From positions 7,297 to 71,296 of the forward strand of contig CAILIB010000040.1 of NCBI GenBank assembly GCA_903834195.1: a stretch of 64,000 bases of DNA. Direction: 5' to 3'. Below, piece after piece: positions 57,939 through 64,000 of this stretch. The stretch's first letter is position 1, and the number at the start of each line of letters is the position of its first letter. Below the pieces are notes generated by a model. That model saw nothing but the letters and a program-made list of their open reading frames with translations. It did no database searches and was not told the origin of the DNA. Origin of the DNA: an uncultured Candidatus Berkelbacteria bacterium (GTDB lineage: Bacteria > Patescibacteriota > UBA1384 > CAILIB01). Both the position numbers and the translations under genes were made by a program.

Positions 57939-59453
57939 CTACGGATGAATGGCAGGAGTAATATCATGATCCCATACATACACTGTATACCCTCCAGCTG
58001 TAAATGAATTTACAGGATTACCAGCTACAGGAAGCACACTATTAAAGAGAGATTCTGGATCATTAGACCACACAACCAGGAAATTTGCTGGCACTTTATA
58101 CCAGTCCTCTGACGAAAGCCAATTGTATGCAGTCGGTACACCATTATTCACATTGAGCGGTGAAACCCAAGATTTTCCATCTGAGTACAACGTTGCAGAA
58201 GTCCCAGAGTAATACGTACCATACCCTCTACTTAACCCATGCTCTGCTAGTACAGGACCTAACTGTGCAGGCGCATTTAACTCTGGCTTAGTGATTAACA
58301 ATTCGCGAGATGTGATCAGTACGCAAAGAGCAGATGCAAGTATTACTCCACTTTTTACCCATGTCTCCATTTTGAATCCTGCAATCGAGCGACCAACTAA
58401 AGGAGCTGCACACACAAAAACAGGTAATAAGTACCGTACAGAATCAACTCCTTGTGCAGAACCACTCACCATAACCATTAGAAATGCCAGTGAAGACGTA
58501 ATAACTGACATAAACAGAATATTACTCAAAAAATCAGATGTTCCCTGCGAACGCGTACGTATCACGGCGCGAAACACGAATACTACAGCACCTATTTTTA
58601 TAAGGCTTATTACTAACGGAATAATCGATACAGTTAAAAACTGTCCAAAAATATTTGCGCCGTAGGACTGAAAAGTCAGCTGTACAAATGTTTGAATATT
58701 TTGTAGAAAAATTGGAATTGTCGCAATCTGAAGCTGCTGTGTGATAATTGTTGGGCCGATTTTCCCAAAAATCCCATTTGCACCCAATCCAATTAATACT
58801 GCGAGTAACTGAGTAAAGCCAATCCAATACTCTCTCCGATGCGCATGTCGCTGCACAATACTCGTAATCACGACAATACTTATTGGGAGTGTGACTACAG
58901 CTAGGTATAAGGGATCTCCAAACGCACCAAGAACACTCGGAATTCCACTAAGCACCAGGTACCAAATATTCCCATTCGTACAATATTTGTATGTCCCATA
59001 AATACTTACGAGCGCAAACAGAGCAGTAAACCCGTGTGCAGGAATTGTAAGTAGATGACTCAGAAAAAAGAAAGAGGAAAATAGCATGGCAACCGTTATA
59101 CTTGCAGCGGTGTAATATTTTTCTTTCGAAATTCCTGATAGTGACACCCCAATAGCTACTACAAAAATCAACGCACCAAGTAGCCCTGAAATAATTTCAG
59201 GTACAACTGGCGTAACTCCAAATAGTGCAATACATGGAATGAAAAAAAGGATATCTGTGGTTAAAAAGTGATCACGCGGGATATACCACCCTTTCAACAA
59301 AACGTTTCCATGCAAAATATCTTTTGCCATTAAAATCCCAGCTGAGCTATCAGAACTGTACTGAACAAAATGTTGTGCAATAAAAAAGAAGACTACTGCA
59401 CTAATTAAAAAAACCACTCCTAGAGCAGTAAATATTTTATACTTTTGTTTCAC
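57939..59453 (-). CDS. Polytopic membrane protein with C-terminal extracytoplasmic domain; possible GT-C glycosyltransferase
   Basis: 504 aa, more than 10 TM helices then a ~120-aa soluble tail. Assigned from architecture and context only. Confidence 0.35.
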   Translation of the reverse strand: MKQKYKIFTALGVVFLISAVVFFFIAQHFVQYSSDSSAGILMAKDILHGNVLLKGWYIPRDHFLTTDILFFIPCIALFGVTPVVPEIISGLLGALIFVVAIGVSLSGISKEKYYTAASITVAMLFSSFFFLSHLLTIPAHGFTALFALVSIYGTYKYCTNGNIWYLVLSGIPSVLGAFGDPLYLAVVTLPISIVVITSIVQRHAHRREYWIGFTQLLAVLIGLGANGIFGKIGPTIITQQLQIATIPIFLQNIQTFVQLTFQSYGANIFGQFLTVSIIPLVISLIKIGAVVFVFRAVIRTRSQGTSDFLSNILFMSVITSSLAFLMVMVSGSAQGVDSVRYLLPVFVCAAPLVGRSIAGFKMETWVKSGVILASALCVLITSRELLITKPELNAPAQLGPVLAEHGLSRGYGTYYSGTSATLYSDGKSWVSPLNVNNGVPTAYNWLSSEDWYKVPANFLVVWSNDPESLFNSVLPVAGNPVNSFTAGGYTVYVWDHDITPAIHP

Positions 59454-59519
59454 ATTTAATATATAGAAGTAATATAGTCCTATAGTATCTTTTGATTAGA
59501 ACGATTACTATAGGAAATA

Positions 59520-60395
59520 ATGAACACTATCTCACCTTACATTCGCGTTATTCGTCCAAAGCACTGGATCAAAAATATCCTTGTTCTTGTGCCACTCTTT
59601 TTTGCCTGGAAAGTAACTGTAGACACAACAGTTATAGCCATCGCATCACTTGTAGCTTTTTCGGCAACTGCAAGCATTGTCTACATTCTTAACGACCTTG
59701 CAGATACCGAAGCAGATCGACTTCACCCTGAGAAAAAGTTTCGTCCCTTTGCTGCCGGCACACTCAGTCACCGTCAGGGCAAAGTACTCGCCGCACTTCT
59801 TGTACTCATTGCTATTATTGCAAGTTGGACACTTAGTTCTGGATTCCAACTTACTTTATTCGGCTACTTCATTTTAAATCTCCTCTACAGCTTCTATCTA
59901 AAACGTCGATTGATTATCGATGTTATGATTCTGGCCGCAGGTTTTGTACTACGCGTAGTTGCTGGAGGTTTTGCGTTTCATGTCACACTTTCTCCATGGA
60001 TTTTGCTTTGTACTTTCTTTGCTTCTCTTTTCATTGGCTTCGGTAAACGCAAAAATGAGACAGACATTCTGCAAGAAGGTTCACATAAACACCGTGCAGT
60101 TCTTGAACATTATACTCGCGACTTTTTGAACCAACTTCTCGGTCTTACTGCTGCCATGACCATTATGAGTTACTCGCTGTACACCATTGATGCAAAAACA
60201 GTTGACCACTTTGGAACCGATAACCTCATCTACACTGTGCCATTTGTTGTTTACGGTGTATTCAGATATTTCCACTTAATGTACAACCTCTCATCCGGTG
60301 GAGATCCAACTAAGATCTTCCTTAAAGATAAGATGACAATTATCAACATTTTCTGCTGGGCACTCTCGTTTGTATTGATAACCAACTACTTCTAG
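59520..60395 (+). CDS. UbiA-family prenyltransferase, decaprenyl-phosphate phosphoribosyltransferase-like
   Basis: 'YILNDLADTEADRLHPEKKFRPFAAG' (NDxxDxxxD plus HPxKxxRP) and a second Asp-rich region. Confidence 0.75.
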   Translation: MNTISPYIRVIRPKHWIKNILVLVPLFFAWKVTVDTTVIAIASLVAFSATASIVYILNDLADTEADRLHPEKKFRPFAAGTLSHRQGKVLAALLVLIAIIASWTLSSGFQLTLFGYFILNLLYSFYLKRRLIIDVMILAAGFVLRVVAGGFAFHVTLSPWILLCTFFASLFIGFGKRKNETDILQEGSHKHRAVLEHYTRDFLNQLLGLTAAMTIMSYSLYTIDAKTVDHFGTDNLIYTVPFVVYGVFRYFHLMYNLSSGGDPTKIFLKDKMTIINIFCWALSFVLITNYF

Positions 60396-60398
60396 GCC

Positions 60399-61352
60399 AT
60401 GCATAAACTGCGACGAGCTGTCTTTGTTACCATTATTCTCGCAGCCTGTATTTACGTAGCACTCGCTATTTGGAGCAATGCAGGCACACTTAAAGAAGCA
60501 TTCGCTCATTTCCAGTGGTGGTACTTCCCCGTCATACTTTCTCTTACTCTTCTCAATTACGTCCTCCGGTTTTGTAATTGGCAGTTTTACCTTGCCTCGC
60601 TCGGAATCCGAAATATTCCCCGCAAAGATTCACTTCTGATTTATCTTGCAGGTTTTGCAATGTCGATTACCCCAGGAAAAATTGGCGAAGTAATCCGAGC
60701 ATTTCTCCTCAAACAGGCTCATAAAATTCCGGTAGGAAAAACTGGCTCTCTCGTATTTGTTGACCGTCTTACAGATGTAATCGCCCTGTTATGTATTGCA
60801 GCATTAGGTGCTCTTCAATTTCGCTATGGCGGACGAATTCTCATTACCTTCGCGATTATAATTTCAGCCGTACTTATTGTTGTAAGCAACCGTAAACTCT
60901 GCGAAACAATCTTGGAAAAACTAACCCGCATTCCTGGCCTCAAGGGCAAAGGTGCAAAGTTACTCGAACTCTACGAGAGTTCACAAATGCTGCTCACTCC
61001 TAAAAAAATTGTTCCGATTATTATCCTTTCAATCCTCTCCTGGAGCTGCGAGGCAACTGGTTTCTTCCTGACATTTAAGGGTCTCGGAATTGGAGCAGGC
61101 TTATTTGCAGCCTACTTTATTTATGCCTTTTCAACGCTCGTTGGAGCTGCTTCTATTCTTCCGGGAGGCATCGGGTTAACCGAAGGTATCATGGCTGGCC
61201 TACTTGTCCTTATTTCTGTATCCAAGGCAGATGCCACAGCAGCAACGCTCATAATTCGCACAGCAACTTTGTGGTTTGGAATTGTAGTAGGAGCAATCTG
61301 CTTAGCAATTTTTGAGCGCAAGTTTGGCGTAGTAAGCGAAACAGAAAAGTAG
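60399..61352 (+). CDS. UPF0104 / lysyl-PG-synthase-TM-like flippase-like membrane protein
   Basis: 8 TM helices. 'LAGFAMSITPGKIGEVIRAFLLK'. Confidence 0.5.
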   Translation: MHKLRRAVFVTIILAACIYVALAIWSNAGTLKEAFAHFQWWYFPVILSLTLLNYVLRFCNWQFYLASLGIRNIPRKDSLLIYLAGFAMSITPGKIGEVIRAFLLKQAHKIPVGKTGSLVFVDRLTDVIALLCIAALGALQFRYGGRILITFAIIISAVLIVVSNRKLCETILEKLTRIPGLKGKGAKLLELYESSQMLLTPKKIVPIIILSILSWSCEATGFFLTFKGLGIGAGLFAAYFIYAFSTLVGAASILPGGIGLTEGIMAGLLVLISVSKADATAATLIIRTATLWFGIVVGAICLAIFERKFGVVSETEK

Positions 61353-61423
61353 TACCTTCGTCTGGCAGTGGCGAAAAGAGACTGCTATCATACATTCATA
61401 CAATAAACGTATAAGATTCTGAT

Positions 61424-62503
61424 ATGGCCGCACCAGCAAAATCTCCTGTAAAATCAACAAAAACCGTTCTCATTACCGGTGGCGCCGGATTTCTCGGTAT
61501 TAACTTAGTCCGCCATCTCCTCAGTAAAGGCTGTAACGTAATCCCGTACGACCTTGCTGATTTTGACTATCCAGAAAAGGACATGAAGGATCGAGTATTT
61601 CCTGTTAAAGGAGATGTTCGCGATTTTGACGCACTTAAGAAGGCAATGTCGAAGGCCGATTATCTTGTACACACAGCCGCAGCTCTCCCTCTGTACACTC
61701 CTGAAGATATTCACTCAACTGAAGTAATCGGCACTCGTAACGCAATGCGCGCCGCTTACGAATTAAAGATTGAACGCGTTGTTCATATTTCATCCAGCGC
61801 TGTATATGGAATTCCTGATCATCACCCACTTATTGAAGAAGATAAGCTCGACGGTGTTGGTCCATACGGTGTTGCCAAAATTATGGCTGAGTTTGAGTGT
61901 CTCAAATACCGTGGCAAAGGCTTGACCGTTTCAATTCTGCGCCCTAAGTCGTTCGTCGGGCCAGAACGCCTTGGCGTATTTGCAATGCTCTACGATTGGG
62001 CAAAAGACAAACACGGTTTTCCAATGATTGGCTCTGGTGACAACCGCTATCAACTCCTCGATGTTGAAGATCTCTGCGAAGCAATTTGGCTTGCACTTAC
62101 AATTAATAAGGAAGATGCCAACGACGTGTTCAACATTGGCGCCAAAGAATTCGGCACAATGCGTACCGACTATCAAGCAGTTCTTGACGCTGCAGGATTT
62201 GGTAAAAAAATTAAACCAATGCCTGAGAAGCTCGTAATCGGCACACTTGTATTTCTTGAAAAGCTCAAGCTTTCACCTCTATATAAGTGGGTGTATGAAA
62301 CTGCTTCAAAAGATTCATTCCTTTCAATTGAAAAGGCTGAGAAAGTACTCGGATTTAAACCAAAGTATTCCAACGCTGAAGCATTAGTACGCAACTACAA
62401 ATGGTACATTGCAAACCTTGATGCATTTGAGAACAAATCAGGTATTACCCACCGCGTGCCATGGAAGCAAGGCGCACTTAGTATGGCAAAGCGATTCTTT
62501 TAA
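61424..62503 (+). CDS. NAD-dependent epimerase/dehydratase (extended SDR)
   Basis: 'VLITGGAGFLGINLVRHLL' and catalytic 'YGVAK'. Confidence 0.85.
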   Translation: MAAPAKSPVKSTKTVLITGGAGFLGINLVRHLLSKGCNVIPYDLADFDYPEKDMKDRVFPVKGDVRDFDALKKAMSKADYLVHTAAALPLYTPEDIHSTEVIGTRNAMRAAYELKIERVVHISSSAVYGIPDHHPLIEEDKLDGVGPYGVAKIMAEFECLKYRGKGLTVSILRPKSFVGPERLGVFAMLYDWAKDKHGFPMIGSGDNRYQLLDVEDLCEAIWLALTINKEDANDVFNIGAKEFGTMRTDYQAVLDAAGFGKKIKPMPEKLVIGTLVFLEKLKLSPLYKWVYETASKDSFLSIEKAEKVLGFKPKYSNAEALVRNYKWYIANLDAFENKSGITHRVPWKQGALSMAKRFF

Positions 62504-62506
62504 CCT

Positions 62507-63163
62507 ATGTGGCGCGTTGAACTTCATTGTCATAGCGAGCATTCCCGCGATAGCGATACAGCTTTGCTTAAGTTGATTGAAATCTGTGAAGCTCGCAAAA
62601 TCGATGCGATTGCTCTTACTGATCACAACGAAATTACTGGAGCAGTCCGTTTAAAGCAACTCGCTGATAAGCGTATAAAAGTAATTATCGGCGAAGAAAT
62701 TGCCTCAAAAGAAGGTGACGTCATCGGACTATTTCTCAAAGAGAAGATCGAAGCCCGCCTACCTATTGAAGAAACGATCCGACAAATTAAGGCACAGGGT
62801 GGAGTCGTACTGCTACCTCACCCATTCGACCGCATCCGCCACGAAGCTGTGGGGAAAACAGTTACTGATCGGGTTAAAGGTGACATCGATTTTATTGAGA
62901 TCTTTAACTCACGCTGCCTTTTTCCTGGTGACAACCGTAAAGCCAAGCGCTACGCCAAAGAAAACTCTCTTTCACCGTTTGTGGGGTCAGATGCGCACAC
63001 AAAAAGCGAGTATGGTCGCTCGGTGAATATCATGGAACCTTTTCGAACTCCTGAAGAATTTGTTCAGTCCTTGAAAAAGGCTACATTTAAAACAAAAGCC
63101 TCAGGGCCATTTGTTCATGTTCGTACTAAAGTTGTAAAAATTCGTAAAAAGAACAAGAAATGA
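62507..63163 (+). CDS. PHP-domain metal-dependent phosphoesterase
   Basis: 'VELHCHSEHSRDS', 'LTDHN', 'LLPHPFD', 'GSDAHT'. Confidence 0.8.
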   Translation: MWRVELHCHSEHSRDSDTALLKLIEICEARKIDAIALTDHNEITGAVRLKQLADKRIKVIIGEEIASKEGDVIGLFLKEKIEARLPIEETIRQIKAQGGVVLLPHPFDRIRHEAVGKTVTDRVKGDIDFIEIFNSRCLFPGDNRKAKRYAKENSLSPFVGSDAHTKSEYGRSVNIMEPFRTPEEFVQSLKKATFKTKASGPFVHVRTKVVKIRKKNKK

Positions 63164-64000
63164 AGATTAACTTGAAGCGTCTCGTTTTCTACTGCGTTTT
63201 AGCATTTGCTTCACTCTTAACGTTTATTCAGTACGCAGATTTCAATCCTGCCCCTGACTCTCGTTCATTTGGTGATGCAGTGAGCTATATTCAGATGTCT
63301 AAGACTTACCTATCTGCAGTACCAAATCCATTTGCACTTCGAATCTTTACTCCTTCGGTTGTTCACTTTTTCACAGCAACATTTCACACACCATTTAACG
63401 TCACTTGGGCTGCAATCACCGTACTCGCAACGTTTGCTGCACTGATAGTTTTTTTCAAACTCCTAGCTGACGTCTTTAAAATTCCAACGTTCTTCGCAGC
63501 TATTTTCACCTTATTCTTGGCCTACACTCAATTTTTTACCACCTTCAATTATTTTGACATGTGGTTAGTAGATCCAGTGAATAACCTTGTGTATGTACTG
63601 GCAATTTACTATCTCTTTAAGCGGCAACTCTGGCCATTTATGGCAACTGTTGCAATTGGATCACTAAATAAAGAGGTTGCGATTTTTCTCCTCCCACTCT
63701 ATGCAATCGTAAGTTATATCGACGTTCCAAAGTTTAGAAACAATAAAAAGCTTTGGACAGTTCTCGGAGCAACAGCCTTAGTTGCAGTATTCTACCTTAG
63801 CTATCGTACGATCATGATTCACACTCTCCAGGCACATAACCCTGGTGTCGATTACTCACTTGGTGCTGGTCCTTCGAGTCACACTGTAAAGGGTAACATT
63901 GTATTCTCGCTCAGTATGAACAAAGATCAATACGTCATTTTCCACGTCTTTGATTTTCTCTGGATCACGTTTGGGTACGGCCTCTACTTACTGTATAAAA
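63160..64000 (+). CDS. Polytopic membrane protein, partial (runs off window end); possible GT-C-type glycosyltransferase
   Basis: Not in the ORF track because there is no stop in the window. ATG 63160 overlaps the upstream TGA (ATGA). Translation 'MKINLKRLVFYCVLAFASLLTF...' stays open to 64000 with multiple hydrophobic helices. Confidence 0.55.
   Translation, partial: MKINLKRLVFYCVLAFASLLTFIQYADFNPAPDSRSFGDAVSYIQMSKTYLSAVPNPFALRIFTPSVVHFFTATFHTPFNVTWAAITVLATFAALIVFFKLLADVFKIPTFFAAIFTLFLAYTQFFTTFNYFDMWLVDPVNNLVYVLAIYYLFKRQLWPFMATVAIGSLNKEVAIFLLPLYAIVSYIDVPKFRNNKKLWTVLGATALVAVFYLSYRTIMIHTLQAHNPGVDYSLGAGPSSHTVKGNIVFSLSMNKDQYVIFHVFDFLWITFGYGLYLLYK

Overview
Densely coding bacterial window: about 60 CDS and 3 tRNAs. 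The standard genetic code applies, since TGA is used as a stop (e.g. 10218-10220). All family calls come from motifs read by eye in the translations; no database search was possible. The content suggests a small-genome monoderm bacterium, plausibly a CPR/Patescibacteria-type organism (inference only). Supporting content: split ComEC, a FemAB-type peptidoglycan bridge enzyme, a truncated DnaJ, many N-anchored surface proteins with Pro/Thr linkers, cohesin and dockerin modules, and very little metabolism. Housekeeping genes recognised: purF, an F-type ATPase cluster, ftsH, murJ, lepA, grpE-dnaK-dnaJ, ruvC, yebC, and tRNA-CAU, initiator tRNA-Met and tRNA-Lys. Two edge-truncated ORFs are missing from the ORF track: 1-2400 on the minus strand and 63160-64000 on the plus strand. 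The most unusual locus is the F-type ATPase cluster (10.2-19.5 kb). It has no a-subunit gene. Its only c-subunit-like hairpin is the in-frame C-terminus of a ~780-aa Ig-like surface protein and lacks the ion-binding carboxylate. The alpha subunit reads GILPA where the arginine finger (GIRPA) is expected. Epsilon is truncated. The cluster is also interrupted by an unknown ORF plus terminator and by an opposite-strand HAF-repeat gene. Every ORF is nevertheless intact and tightly coupled, which suggests repurposing rather than simple decay. The second notable locus (19.6-30 kb) is a surface-structure cluster. It holds two WxL-like paralogs, a DUF916/DUF3324-like protein, one dockerin protein, two to three cohesin-like membrane proteins and coiled-coil membrane proteins. 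Also reported: hairpin repeats with compensatory changes next to tRNA-Lys, tRNA-abutting perfect hairpins, several perfect palindromic candidate operators, and a polyprenyl-phosphate sugar cluster (55.6-64 kb).
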